Shown: positions 26,101 through 40,052 of the stretch, one piece after another
Position numbering within the stretch: position 1 is the first letter of the stretch
Layout of the letters: each line of letters opens with the position of its first letter
NCBI GenBank assembly: GCA_048013815.1
Contig: CM106585.1
Span: 9,114,001 to 9,178,000 of the forward strand
DNA from: Setoptus koraiensis
Taxonomy: Eukaryota > Animalia > Arthropoda
Reading direction: 5' to 3'
Length of the DNA: 64,000 nt
The notes under the pieces: model-generated
The model's database searches: none
The model's input: the letters and a program-made list of their open reading frames with translations, nothing else
What the model was told of the DNA's origin: nothing
Program-made: the position numbers and the translations under genes

Positions 26101-27359
26101 TCTGTCGTCTGGTTTTGCGACCTCGCGGGTGCCCAAAAGAGGCCAAAACAAAAACACAACCAAATCTCGGTGAGCATCTCGGCAGCAAAGAGGAGCCGGC
26201 TGCCAGAGCCAGAAACTTGGCGCAAACTTCAATTTTTAGCTGATTAATGTGGCACAACACAAACCCGATAAAGGGGCCCCTTTGTTGTCTTGTCGGCCGG
26301 TGTAACCCGAAGCGCTGGCCTGGTAACACCGGGCCAGTGTTGGGCTAACTCGGCCGCTCGAACTACTTGATCATTGTCAATAAGCAATTTAAAGAGTTTT
26401 TTGTGCTGGCGCGCTTAGCTGCCTCATTCAGGCCACCGATGAGTGATTTTCGGCCAGATAAATGCGCCAAATGAAACATTTCGGAAAGCAATTTCTAGCT
26501 ATAGCGAAATAGTATAATGACAGCCGGACAGCCATATAATGACAGCAATACAAAACCATTTTAGAAAACACACACACACAATTGGAAAGGCGATTGGCGA
26601 GATTGGACGCGCCCGAACGACTCATAAATCATTTCAGGGCTGCGGGCTGGCCAGCAATACGTTGCGGTCGCACACTGGATACTTATTGAAATACTTTTCA
26701 TAGCCATTATTTCATTTTATGTGTAAGTGTTAGTGGTACAATTTGGCGCCAATGGGACCAATGGGGCCGATGGGGCCAGCCGGGCGAGCGATTTTGCCCA
26801 ATTGAACGACCACAACGAGTGTCCGAGTGTTTTGTCCGAGGCGTTGATTATTAACTGGCGCACAAGCTCTGGCGTGCCGATTGCTTATCCAGTGCTGATA
26901 TATAAATAACGGTTATATTCAGTTGTTGGCGCTTTGTACAATTATATAAACTAGCGCTTGTCGAGCGCCAGAGGAAACAAATTATATATTATGCAATTGA
27001 AGTGTTGTTGTTGTTGTTGTTGTCGCCGTTGTTGTTGTTATGTGTTAACTCAATCAACTTGATTGTAGTGCAAATTGCTGCCGCTACGAGCGACTCTATA
27101 TCGCGCCGCTTCACCATCCATCAGCGGCAGTTATACCCAGCTAAAAACGAGCAAATTAATAACTGAGGGGCCCCTTTGTTTCCATGTGAGTGGCGTGTCT
27201 CTCTTACTGTGACCACCAACGGTCTGTAAAATTGGCCATACACAGATATGGTTATGATCAGCTGAGTACGCTGACCAGCAGCAGCAGCAGTCATCTGTCG
27301 GGCCTGCGATACGCTACACTGAGCCTGACAATTGTGCGGTGCTATATGGCAGATTATTC

Positions 27360-27360
<1 letters not shown>

Positions 27361-27440
<80 letters not shown>

Positions 27441-27480
27441 GCAACAACAACGACAACGACAACAACAACAACGACAACAA
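27361..27480 (+). repeat. (CAA)n microsatellite
   Basis: 26 perfect CAA units (27361-27438), then degenerate CAG/CGA units. Confidence 0.97.
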
Positions 27481-28742
27481 CATCATCATGAGATATAAAA
27501 ACAACAACTACAATTGACGAACCGCATAATTTGATGCAACGCAACGCGCGCTGTTGTGTGAGGCTTCTAATTAAAACTTGTGGGGCCGCTAACTGGGGCC
27601 CCGGCCATTGCTGATAATCGTATTCCAGCTCGGAGAGATTCTATTATATTATTCTGCCATATATTGTCCATGTTACGCTGCACTGGGCTGGCCCAACGAG
27701 GGCCGCTACATTGGGGCCCCAGTGACGGCTGCGGCCTTCGTGGGGCCCGGCTACGCGGGCTTGCCACCAACAAACAAAGAATGTTGTGTTGTAGTGATGA
27801 TGAATCGACATCATAACTACAACACACATGCGCTTGTAGTTGTAACGGCGATGATAACAAAGGTCTGGCACCATGCGACTAGTTGTTTGCATGTTATGCA
27901 ATCTGCTATTTGTCCTTGTCATTGTTGTTGTCGTGTTTGCTGTTGTTTGGTTGTTGCGTACTTGCAGCTGGCGTATGTGCTCCTATGTAACTCTTGGGCC
28001 CTGTCGCCCCCTATATGCAATTGTGCGCAACTATAACCGGTGACTATATTGTGTGTTATTTAACCAGCCATAGCTGTAGAACCTGAACTACAACTAACTA
28101 CAACTGCTACTGCAACTACAACTGCAACTACTACTTGAACGACAACCAGAAATGAAGCCAGCGCCACAACTACACACTGTGTAGCATCGCAATGTCGCCG
28201 CGCAATGTCAGGGCTTCGATCCGGCGGATCAAACAGAAGAGAGAATAATAAGAAGTGAGGGGCCCGAAGAGGAACGTTAAAGAACGAGCAAGAAGCGCTC
28301 GCTGTTGTTTAATCCACACACTCGCCAGGCTAAGCTGGATATTTGTGTGGCACGACATTGCCACTAACGCGATTGCCTTGAGACTCAAGGCTTGAGTTGT
28401 TGTTGTGAGAGAGCCAAACCAAATAATTTGTGAGCGTCCCCCAAGTTGGGGTGCCCAACAAGCAGCAACTTGTTATGTTTGTGTTGCAGCTAGTCGGCAC
28501 GCATATCTCACCCTGATTGAAGTGGATAACAGACAGCAACATCAAAACAAACTAAACTTTTCTCTCTGGGCCCCTTGTAAACTGTCGCACAGCCCCCTAA
28601 CTAACTATAAACAAAACTTTGTCTCAACAACTGACTCGCTCGCTGGCGTGCCGCATGCAAAATACGGCGTGACAGTTTTCGCCACTTGTGCGTCTTATCT
28701 GTGGATATTTTGATCCGTTCAAAGTGGCGGCCAAGGCCGACC

Positions 28743-28892
28743 TTAGACTACATTAGGTCTACATTAGACCAGACTCTAGTCTAGTCTAATGTACAATCTA
28801 GCCTGGTCTAATGTAGACTCTAGTCTAGTTCAATGTAGACTCTAGTCTAGTTTAATGTAGACTAGGCTGGACTAGACCAGGCTAGGCTGGGC
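28743..28892. repeat. CTAG-rich fold-back mini-repeat
   Basis: Tandem aatgtagactctagtctagt units and a perfect 14-bp inverted pair, ctacattagaccag (28759-28772) / ctggtctaatgtag (28803-28816). Confidence 0.8.
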
Positions 28893-29499
28893 TGTCTATC
28901 TCGCTCTGGTTTCGTTTGGCCCCTCTAAACTATCCTCTACCATTAAACACGACACCGGCTACCAGATAAGCCGGTCACTGGTCAGCCGGCCAGAGATGCG
29001 GCTCGCCAAGAATTGTGACAGGTCACTAAATTTGCAATCTAACGCATCTCATATTATTACATGTGTGTGTGTATTTAACAACATAAAGGCCAACTAGCAG
29101 CACCCAGTCACATGCGGGCCCCAGATATTATTGGCCACTAGTTGTTGCATTAGCTCGCCATATTATTTATCATCGTGCCAGTTGAGCTGTACGAGCTATT
29201 TAGAGCCCAGATAGCGCCTGCAATGAATGAAAGCAAACAAACGGCTCTCGCCACATATATTGCATGTCATCAATCTTATGCGAGCGACGCCATTCGCAGC
29301 CATCAAGTGGCCATTTTAATAACTTACAATTTCCAAAAATGCCACAGTTTGCAAGTGGGAAAGTGCGCGAATATAATATCGCGAGCGTTATCAATTTTAA
29401 AACTGCATCGCATAATAATATTCACAACCAATCAAGTAATGTCGTGCACATGCATAGATACATCATGCACTCGACACAGGCAACGCATTCTGTCTGGCT

Positions 29500-30300
29500 A
29501 GCTTGCCATAAACAGAGTGTGTCAGATAAATTGCGAGCCTCACGGTCTGAGATCCAGCGAATGCCCTCATCGTATTCTACTGACCCCAAAAAGACTTTCG
29601 ATGCCCCGAATCTGGCTATCACTCATCGTGTGAGTCGATTGGAGTTGCTCGACCGTTCAACGAGTTTCTAAAAACTGTCTTTCTTTTCCTATTGCTTCCA
29701 CCCAGAAACATTTTTCTCAAATAACATGACGCCTTTCCTCTGCTTTCTCGTGCATCTGACTCAACCCTGACTGGCACTTTGACTCGCACGGGTGAGAAAA
29801 TTCACGCTTCAGCCGAGCTCTCAATGAGACAAGTGACAAATGTCTTGTCGATTTCCTGGCAACTGCCTCAATTGATCGCAGTCAAATGCTTAATTTTTTC
29901 CAAGTTCATGTCTGCTTCCGCTTGCGATCAACTCGCTTTAGTGAGGTCTCATTTTCGGCATCGACATGCTTGCTTGCTTGTCTATTGATACCTATCATTG
30001 ATCGACCAACATACGTCCTTAAGCAAGCATTTCCCAATTTTTTCATGGGAATCTAGCCACTCTACATTGCAGGGATTGCACTGGTCAAATCAAATTAGGA
30101 AAATCACGTTTCCAGCGGTTTTTCCTTCGCCCAGAATTGAGTCATTTTCATGATGCTGCATAGTTCAATGATTGACAGAGACAGTCTACTTTGAATCAGT
30201 AAGATTGGCTCTAGAACTATGAAGTTAGCATCTTTGACTTTGGAAATTCGGCCTCGTTCATTTGGGGCGAAACATTTAATTTTAACCTGAGTCATAAGCC
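29500..30300 (-). pseudogene. Possible decayed LRR (F-box/LRR-like) gene
   Basis: Stop-interrupted fragments such as LGKIKHLTAIN*GSCQEIDKTFVTCLIE in an AT-rich, repeat-free island. Confidence 0.25.
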
Positions 30301-30639
30301 TCGCGGGGTGAGTGGAGTCAAGATCATTGTTGCGATATTAAAAGCAGATATTAAGAGTCCACGCGGCTCTCTCTCCCTTTGTTACTCTTTTAATCTGGGG
30401 TACGGAATTAAATTATCGCTACTTTAGTCTTAGTCCGCCAGTAACAGTGGCAGCAAACGTTAGAACGAGACAGAGAAAAGAGTACAGATGAACGCAATTT
30501 TTTCAAGTGCCGAGGGTCGCTTATTTATTTTTCTTGACTACTTATAGTTGTGACTAAACTATAAATCTGCATCCGAATATCTTCTATTTGAGCTCATATA
30601 TATATATATATTTATATACATATACATAATTTAGCAGTG

Positions 30640-31420
30640 CACGAGGCGACGATCCTTATATTCACTTTATTTGGCCTCGAGCCTTTTCGAGAAGCTCTTC
30701 CCCAAGTAAACGAGTCCCCGAAAGATCTACTTAGATTCTGTTATTTTTTCAAACTGAATCCAGCCTCCTTATCTGGCATCTATTGCTGGCATATTACACT
30801 TGAGGCTAACAGTAGAAAAATGAAGATTCTCCTTTTCTCCTATTAAACGCGGCAGCTCTAGCAATATTTTGGCATTTATAGATAGTGGCGAAGAATTCCC
30901 ATTGCTATATTCAGCTGTCAGCGACGTTTATCGGCTGTCTCGACCGTGGGGACTGTTTAATTTAGACTGGAGGCCATTGGAGCTCGCTAACTCAGCGTCT
31001 GGCATGAAGGTAAGCAAAAAGGTTCTATCAACGATGATAAATTGCATGCGGGCGCGACACGAAACTAAATCTAGCTATTGTATGCAAACACTGAAAACAG
31101 AATAACTGTGGATTGTATAAATATAAAGTATAAAAATTCCGTCAAGTTGCTGCTTCCATCAATTTGTGGGCCGTAACATAATAGAAGAAAGACAAAAAAA
31201 CGAGATTGACCTACGAATGGAGTTACATAAAAAAAAGATGCCATGATTAATGGATAAAGATATACAAGTCGCTGCTATATAAGATGTATATTTTCGCCAG
31301 CAATCGACGCATTCTAACTTAGAATTTCTAAGTGCTCTCGGCGAATCCGCTCGAATGCTCAATCTGGCATCGCAACTACTACTTGTTGCGGTCCATTTTC
31401 CGATCAAGCTGAGCTTTTAA
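30640..31420 (+). pseudogene. Decayed coding-like sequence, family and strand uncertain
   Basis: Long frames with few stops (IIEERQKNEIDLRMELHKKKMP*LMDKDIQVAAI*DVYFRQQ...LEFLSALGESARMLNLASQLLL). The antisense frame is also fairly open. Confidence 0.25.
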
Positions 31421-34348
31421 TATCAAGCCGCTAGATTCAAGCGTGCATCTCAATCCGGCCGGGGAATTTCCGCTACTGGAGCGAGCAATTTCGCAGCGAG
31501 TTGCCGGAGTGAGTATTTCTGGAATTTTGCCCTGGAATACCCGTGCATAACCGTGCATAGCTCAATGAATGCAAAGCTGTCCGGCTTCGAGCAGTTTGGG
31601 GCGAATTCCACAGAGGAGTGGGGGAGACATAAAATAAAGATTAGATAAAAATAATTTTTGTAAGTCAATAGGCGAGTTAGTGAACAAACGAAAAGTCACT
31701 CACAAGCCGTTGGTTACATGAGTGCTGCTTGATAATGAAATTTTCGAGGCCAGCCCATTGTGTCGTGCACGGTGGTAACTGCATTTGGTTGCATTGGGAC
31801 TGATCAAGATAGTTTGATTGCGATAGCTGCATAGATGCCGAGAACAAAAGAGTATTGTCAGCACGTGTGAGCCGTTTCTTTTTGGCGTGGGGCCCACATT
31901 GGGGACCGCGGCTCGGACTGTGGGGCCCAGAGCAAGTTGGGCAGAGAGTGATAGTTTGCGACAAAAAAGAAATAGAAAGAATAAAGGGAGTAACTCGACA
32001 GGCACAGAGTTGATGGGTTTGTTGCTGGAGCTGGGGTCCTGGTTTACATTAAAGTTGAGGTTGAAAGAGCAAATAAATTCGCGTTTGTTGCTCGTCGGCG
32101 TGATCACGACTCGCATACACACGGCTGGCGAGGGGGGGCCCTTTGGGTGCTGGCTAAAGTTATGCAAAATAAAATGAGAGCTCAAATATGAGAGGCCAAA
32201 TATGAGAGGCCAGATATGCGAGAGCCTGCCAGTGGGCTGGCGGCTGGCCGAAGCGAATGCCTTAGGACAGAGTTGCGAGCCAGTGATCAAACTAAATAAC
32301 CTTATCTACTTATATCTATCTCTTGCTTTTATGGGGCCCCTCGTGGCCTGTGTGTGTGTGCATGCATAATATCGGTATGCTGCAGCACATGATGTGGCGC
32401 GAGCTAGCACGAGGTAGCTTGATCAGTGCGTGTGTTTGTTGTGTTGGGGCCCGTCGTCGTTTATTCTTTTCTTTTTATCCGCTCGCCTTTTATTATTTGT
32501 AAACACACCGGGCCGCGCGCACATTGGGCGCTACTCGCGCTGCTCGAGCGGGCCAGAGAATGGGCCTCGAGCAGCAGAGAATGGGCGAGCAACAGAGAGA
32601 GCGAAAGGCTTAATTTGCTAAAAAAATACCCCCGACCAGCGTATAGCACGACAGCACCACTAGTGCAGCGGCAGTATGGATATTAGCGCAGTGTGTACCA
32701 TTTAGAAGTTAAAGTGTTAACAACCAGGCAACACACAAAAATCAGCCCAAATCGGGCCACAGACATGCCTTTGTGGCAGCTGCCATTACGTAACAGCCAG
32801 CCAGCCAGCCGGCTGCCTAGCTGTCTGGCCGGCTGTCTAGCCGGCCGTGCGACTGGCTGTGCGACTGGCTGGCTGGCTCGCTCGCTCGCTGGGAATATCC
32901 AGATGGGGCCCCGTAGCCGGCCTGACAAGGGGCGAGCAGACAAGACCACAAGACAAGAGCGTGCGTGTATTGAGTTGCCATTAGAGGCCAATTGTTTGCA
33001 GACCAGTGCGAGCATTCAGGCGCTGCAAAGATTCAAAAAAGCGAGCGGGCCCCTCGGCGTTGCTCGGCGTGCGTCAATCTGGCCCGAGCGAAACGAATTA
33101 AATCCGGTTAGCTGCTCGAATGGTTGCCTGGCTGTCTAAACTGGCTGACAGCCCGTTCAGCCATCCAACCGCCGGCTGGCTATTTCGCGGCTGAACAGTA
33201 GTAGTCAGTGAATACCGTCAATCTAACCGTGCCAGCCAGCCAGCCAGACAAGTCGCTAGGCGCTGCCTGTTGTTGTTGTTGTTGTTGCTGTTGTTGTTGT
33301 TGCTGTTGTTGGCCGGCCAACAGGCGGCGCATAGAGCAGCCGATCACTCAATGTTGCTTACCTGTCTGCCAGGCGCACACACACTATGTCATAGTGACTA
33401 CGAGATTGGTGGGGCCCGCAGCTTGGGGCTAATGTTGCCGCTTCCGATTATCCGCTATCAATTGAGTCAAACGGCGGCCTAGGCGCCTAGCCAAACGATG
33501 GTTGCATAGCGGTTCAATTAGCGGAGTAGTAACTGGCTAACTAAGCTGCCACTGGGAGCTTAGTTACCTGGCCGGCTTGCCACGGCGAGCTGAATGGGGT
33601 ACATAGCGGCAGCGCAAACGGGCAATAACAGGCACAGTAAAATCGTCAACTCACGTAGCTATGCTGGCTAGCTAATGCTATTAATGCCATTCACTATTAA
33701 CTGCTCTATTATGCTCTAAACGCTCACGTGATTATGTAATATTAGTCATAAACAAACAAATATAGCTACAAAGCTTACAAACGACCAGCCATTGCCATTG
33801 CCGTCGATTATAAGCCCTCCAGCTGGGGCCCGGCTGTGGCGGCGGCGCTCGTTACAGTATGAGAGCAGCAGTATGGCAGCTCATGATGAGAGTCAGTTGT
33901 TTCTCATTGGGGCCCATTCTCGCTTAGCCAGCCACCTATCTGCTGCTGGCTAATTTGTCCATGAGAGAGAGAGGCACGTCGCTCGTTGCCTACAATACAT
34001 GAGCCACGGAGATAAATTGTTTGCACTGTCTCTGCTCGAACGGTCCGGCGGTTGCTGGTCGGCGCAATCGCTCTTCGGGGCAAAGGCAGCTAGCGGAGCT
34101 TCCAACGAGCGCTCTTATCGGGCGCCCGTTTGGCCGGGCAAAACCTGGCAAGTTGCAACGAAACGCCGCTCGTGTATCGTTTTGTTTCCGTTATGTTAAA
34201 CGACGGCCAGCCAACTATTTCTGCCAACTGCATAGATAAGATTGCCTTTTGACTTACCTTACTTTCGGCGAAATTCTCTATCAGATCGGTGCGAATTGTG
34301 CGCCAACACTGGCCGGAAATAGATCTTGTCGTCGTTGTTGTATGCTGG

Positions 34349-34448
<100 letters not shown>

Positions 34449-36329
34449 GCTGTTCTGGTTGCTGTTCTGGTTGCTGTTTTGGTTGGTATGTTTGGTTGGT
34501 TGTGCGCTTCTGCTAGCTTTGTGATGTCACACAGCGATGCCTAGAGTTGATAATTTTTGATTAGATCGCTCATCTTTTGCACTGACTATCCGGCTTACAA
34601 TTAACTCGACTCAATTGCCACTTGTTCTTGAAGACGCGCACTTCTCGGACTGATGCGACACCGCGTTTTGCAAATATCCACTGATAACAATACTGACCGA
34701 TACAATGATTGATGCTGACGCCACTGACGCAACTGAGGCCGGTGGCGAGCTTGTCTCGCTTGTTTTGCTTGTTTTGCTTGTTTGTGGGGCGCAAAATAAT
34801 ATGTCGTGCTGATGGGCGATGTTGCCGCAACGAAACGAGAATGCAACTGCCAGTTGTTGGCGGCCGCTAATGCTGACTTTTCTTCGACACTTTTCTCGCT
34901 TTCTCTTGCAGTGCTTCCGTTGCTGTTGCTGCTACTGGGGCCCCACAATCTCAATTGTTGAACAATATTAGACAATGGCCGCTCATTACATAACACTTAA
35001 CAGTTTACTCTTGGCGCTGCCATTTTATTTATACTACTTATAATGATAATTATTGCGTGTGCTTGTGTGTGTGTGTGTGTGTGTGCGTCGTGGCAAATCG
35101 GCAAACTCTGGCGAGAGTGAAATGCCGATACAGAATTGAACTTGACTGCTGCAGCGGCGGCGCCGGCAGTAGCACTAATTTATCCGATTCACACAATTAC
35201 GTTGTTGCAGCGACTTCTATCACTTTTATCATTTGGCTGGTGCCACGGCTGAACTGGATTGCGAGGGGGGGGGAGGCGAGGGCGCCGCTAACAAACTATT
35301 GTTGTGTCAATTGTTGTTGACAAGTGGTGTGTGAGCTGCGAGTGAGAGTAGCCGAGCGGCGACAGTTTTGGGGCCCGTCGTTGTTGTTACTTTATAAATG
35401 GATCTTGAATGAATGTATATATATATATGTATTCGTGTCTCGTCTGGCACAGTTGTTAGCGGTCCGGTCGGGTCCCGTTAGATTTAGATTTTGTGTTGTT
35501 GGTTGTTCGGTCGCTGGCTAGCGGCCGGTCGCAAATAGTGAGAGGTGGACGACGACCACCACGACAGCCAGAGAATGGCGTTGAGATAAGGGCCACTCAC
35601 TCATTCATTGCTTATCTAGCCCGACTTATCTAACTACATCTGTGTGTGTGTGCGCGTTCGCAGAGCGTCGGGGCTCGTTAAATGGCCATTGGGGCCGCAA
35701 GCAACTATTAAATATTGTCGATGCGCGATATATGGATTCTTTGCAACTTATTGTGCCGCTCGCAACTAACTATTGGCGCCCCATTGGCCGCCAACTGTCT
35801 GGATTTTGGCCCATTGGCCAGGTTAGATTGGTGGCGACCCGAAGGGTTGAGAGTTTGTCAGCTTGTCGGTGTTGTCGGTGTTGTCGCTGCTGTCGGTGTT
35901 GTCGCTGTTGTCGCTGCTGTCGCTGTTGTTGTTCAGTTGCGGCCGATATTGTTGTTACGTCTGGTTTTGTTTGTGCTGCTTGCGTCGCTTGTTATCCACT
36001 CTATTATTAGTAGTTTGGTTGGCTGGCTCGTGGGCCCCCGTTCGCTCTCTCTCTCGCTCTCTCTGGTCGCCCGCTGTCGCGTTCGCTCGCCCCCTCGCCC
36101 TTTCGTCCGCGCTCGTTCCGTCGGCCGGCTCTCGTTAGCTTGTTCGTGTTGGCTGTTGCATAAGACACACGCACACGCACCACGGTAACTATTGGCGGGC
36201 CGGCATTATCACCGCGCCAAACAACAACGACAACAACAAACTGCACAACTGCCGCCGCTGCTGTTTGACATAACAGTGCCGCTAGTGGCGCCACTATCTA
36301 GCTGTCTATCCATCCAACAATAAAACACT

Positions 36330-36360
<31 letters not shown>

Positions 36361-38369
36361 TATTTCATATATATATTAAATGACACAACGGCGCCTGTGC
36401 AACAGCGCCACTCACTCTCGAGCCACTCGGACCCGTCGATACAGGCACGGCCGGCGCCGGGCCCCACGCGGCCGCGCTGCCACAGAGTACACACACACAC
36501 ACAGCACAAAACGCACACAGTACAAACATGAGCTGCCAGCGCGGCCCGCCTTGCCAGCAAAAATAAATATCGGCTCGGGACAGCGGCACCCGGTTGGCGG
36601 CCCGAAATTCGGGCCGAAAGTTCCCGTCGCGCGCGCCTTTTCCGCGGCCGGCTGGCAAGCTGCACGGTGCCCACAGTATCTCCGGCGAGCTGGTAAGTGC
36701 TGCCGCCGCTGGTAAGTTAATAGTGAGCGGCAGCATTTGCAGTCGGTATGCACGACGGCCGACGTGCAGCGAGAAAATAAAACACTGTAGCAAAAACAGG
36801 CACGTAGCAGCAGCGAGTCGCGACTCGCGAACGGCGCTATATGCACAGCAACGTGCAATTCAAACCGTCGCACTGCAACCGCGTTAGCCCGAGCGCCCCC
36901 GTCTGACGCCGTTGCAGTGCGCCGGCGAACGGGGCCGGCAGCAGTCGCTGAAACAGTAGCGACCTACTCGGCATAATGGAATTAGCGGCACGATCACCCT
37001 CTGCGACGCTGTCACGCCGGCCCGCTAGCTTGCCATTGGCTGGCCGGCCGGCTGGCGGGCGGGCGGGCGGGCCGGTTGAGTGGCTGAATTCGGGCGGCTT
37101 CCACCGGTGTCGCTGTGATGAGTCTAATTTGGTCGTCGGAGGGGCCCCCTTCGAGACGCCAGCCCGGCAAGCTCGACCCGGTGACGTGATGTGGCGGGCC
37201 GCACCACGGTTGCCGAATCGACGGGTCCCGGAATCGACGGTTCGCCGAGTCCCGGAGTCGCCGCGTCGCCGAGTTGCAACCGATAAGCCGACACGCAATG
37301 CGCAACTTGAGGCGAGGTGAAAATGGCTCGATGGCAGCGACGCGCCGACGATACATTAAACTGGGCACACTTGCAATTTGGTTCCCATAAAACCCACCCA
37401 CACACTTGATCAGTTGCTGGCTCTTGTTGTTTTGGCAAACTGTCGCAGTGATTTAACGCCGACACAAACATTGACTCGGGCGAGACAACCGGCCCGACCT
37501 TTGCGCGGCCTGTGGCGCCTATTTTTCACGCGGGCAACTTGAGCGAACATGACCCGTAACGGAGCCGAAAACTTTCCAAGCGAGCACGAGCAAGTTGTTC
37601 GCGACGACCCACTTCGTCGGCCTCTCCGAGGGCCAGCGCGCTTGATTAAGAATGAAATCGATTCAATCGATTCTTATCCACACTATCCCACCAGCCACTC
37701 TGGGCCCCAGCACTGCATTCGCATTGGCCCCAGACTGTGGGGCGACGCTTTCACTATGCGAACGCGCGCATTGCAGTGCCACATAAATACATCATCTACT
37801 TCATCTTTTGTCTTGCCGCGATACGTCCCTTGTATCATTGATTGGAAACCAATGAGGCGAATGAGCCCCCGCACCCTCTCTCCCAATCAGACACAAACTA
37901 GACGCTGCATGGATGGAGATAACCGATACAACCTCCATTGGGTAGGTATTGTCTCGAATGCGAGCCACAACTACAACAACGACTGCAACTACCATTGAGC
38001 ACTGGCTTGTCACACCTTCGCAAATTGCGAGTACACATTTCAAATCAAGGTAGATCAAGCAGTGATACTGCATAGGATTGGCCCCGTCCAGATTCCGACT
38101 CAATTCGCAATGCTTTCGCTCGTCCGAATGAAGCTGCCCGCTTATGATAGATTTTTGTCGCCAGACATTTGCCAGATGACACATGGAACAACTCAATTCA
38201 AGTCGATCTACTTTATGAGCTGCCAGAGAAGTATCACAATCGCGTGAGACGCCATAAATCAATGGCGTCCCACTACCAGCCAAGATAGTACCCAATACCA
38301 GCGACAAGAACTATCGGCTAGTACCCGAACGGGCCTTTTTTAACCGCATGGCAATTCCAAACAAGAACT

Positions 38370-38700
38370 AGACTTTGTTTTTCGTCCATTGTGGATCTTA
38401 GCGTGGTTTATTCCGAAAAGTTTAAACAATTGACTTTTATTTGGACGAAATGATTAATTCATTTTTCTTACTTTTTTTTTTTTGATTTAAATCATGGTCT
38501 AAATGGTTTTTATTGCTAACGAAAACCATTCAGAATTTTTCAGTAAGAGCCATTTTAATAAAGCCGAGAAATATTAAAAACCATTTCGTCCAAAAAATGC
38601 CCATTTTAATCATGGTTTAAATCAAGAATGGTCCATATTCATCAAAGCCTAAAATGAATTAATCATCGGCCGTGGTTTAATCCATAATTTTAATGTAGAG
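38370..38700. mobile_element. AT-rich MITE/fold-back-like element
   Basis: Perfect inverted pairs ttggacgaaatg (38441-38452) / catttcgtccaa (38582-38593) and atgattaattcatttt (38450-38465) / aaaatgaattaatcat (38651-38666), plus recurring tggttt/aaacca motifs. No TIR or TSD was defined. Confidence 0.45.
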
Positions 38701-39169
38701 ACCCCACTCTAGCAGGAACCAAAACCGCGTCCGTCCTTACCCCTTCTACGCGGCTCTCAAGCGGGTTCCGGGTATCTGAAGGTTCGCGAACGTTATTAGT
38801 GCTCGGAGTTTTATTGGTCGGGCAGAAGCTTCTGGCTGCTCGAGTTGAGCAAATCAGCCACTCTAGAGATCCGTACTCAGGCGAGTCATTTATAACGCTC
38901 CAAAGGGATGAGACTGAATGTCTGAAATCCATTATGGAATAAAAATTATTTATTATCTATCAGAAGGGCTTCAATCGCGATGAAAGGCCCCACTCGAGAT
39001 CGCGCTTAATTGATGCGATCATAAAAATTCGGGCTGCAATCAGTACAAGCCAGAAACAAGGTTCAGGCATGCAGTGAAAGCGGCAACTCTCATTAAGTTC
39101 GTTTCAAACCGAAATTGCCAGAGAAGGGTTTTCCGAAAATAAAGCTAGCTAAATAGCACACCGAAAATG

Positions 39170-39650
39170 CGATTTTCACAGCGATGTTGCCCTGATTGTC
39201 GGGGCTCGCCAGGCTTGGCACAGATTCGTTGCTGCTCACCTGCAGACATCATTCGAAAGATCGACAACGAATGAACATTCTTATTCTGCTGCTCTTTTTA
39301 CCCATGCCAGTTGGTCTGAATCCCACATACCGCCTTCCCACAATGGAATGCAAATCTGTGATATGAAAGCTTCTTCAAGAGAGTTGATCTGGACAAATTT
39401 CTAAAATTTGTTGACAGTGTTTGTAGAGAATGGCTAGTCGATAAACAAGTGGATAAATGAATAATCTGCTGGGATATTCCCGAGGTAATGGATCATGGCT
39501 GAAGACATTACTTACCGCGCTATATCGAATTGAGAGATCAAGGCAGTGAATCATGATAGTTGACAGGTTTCCGTATATCTATTGATTGTCCAATCGCCGT
39601 TTCAATTGATCCATGCGAACGAAGTTTTTTTTTTGACTGATCTCTAATCG
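39170..39650 (+). pseudogene. Possible BTB/BACK remnant upstream of the Kelch ORF
   Basis: SDVALIVGARQAWHRFVAAH resembles a BTB start (DVxLxVG...HRxVLAA). It is followed by frameshifted FKRVDLDKFLKFVDSVCREWL and several stops. Confidence 0.3.
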
Positions 39651-39677
39651 AAAAACGTAACTTATGATCTAAATTTG

Positions 39678-39990
39678 CTAGTTCAGTGCAATATTGTAGA
39701 AGGTGGAAAATCTAGCCAGGGGGCAAAGTGTTACACTATTAGGCATGTTTTTTTTCTTCTAGCTTATGTTGAGATAATTTGCGATGATAGCAGATGAGAT
39801 TAAAGGTAAGGCCGAAAAGATAAGCACCAGTGCTACTGTTTTTTATCTCACTTTTCGATGAAGAGCATGCAACACAAAAACTAATCATGATCATGAGTAC
39901 CACAGAAACATAATTTGCTGGCTTATATGACACAATCCACCTACATCTGCTTACACAAGATTTATAAACATAATTTGTCAATGTCACCAC
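39678..39990 (-). pseudogene. C-terminal fragment of a GR-like multipass membrane protein
   Basis: Two hydrophobic segments (YVSVVLMIMISFCVAC; GAYLFGLTFNLICY), a frameshift in an A-run, then SVTLCPLARFSTFYNIALN* (stop 39678-39680). It is homologous to 41264-41321. Confidence 0.45.
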
Positions 39991-40052
39991 CGTTCGTCAC
40001 CCTGAGCGAGCTAAATCTATGCTGTTAGACCTTTTGTTGAAAAATCCACATT

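Noticed and set aside
27190-27544. Poly-Q, poly-N and poly-V ORFs (also 33208-33482, 34249-34544, 12527-12877)
   Set aside because: Translations of CAA/GTT microsatellites with no flanking coding signal.
36300-37500. GC-rich stretch with several 110-150 aa overlapping ORFs
   Set aside because: ORFs in all frames reflect stop-codon scarcity. It may be a promoter or first exon, but nothing in the sequence alone supports a call.
37801-38307. 168-aa Cys-containing ORF at an island edge
   Set aside because: Non-ATG start, runs into GTT/GTA repeat sequence and has no recognisable motif. It may be another relic but is unsupported.
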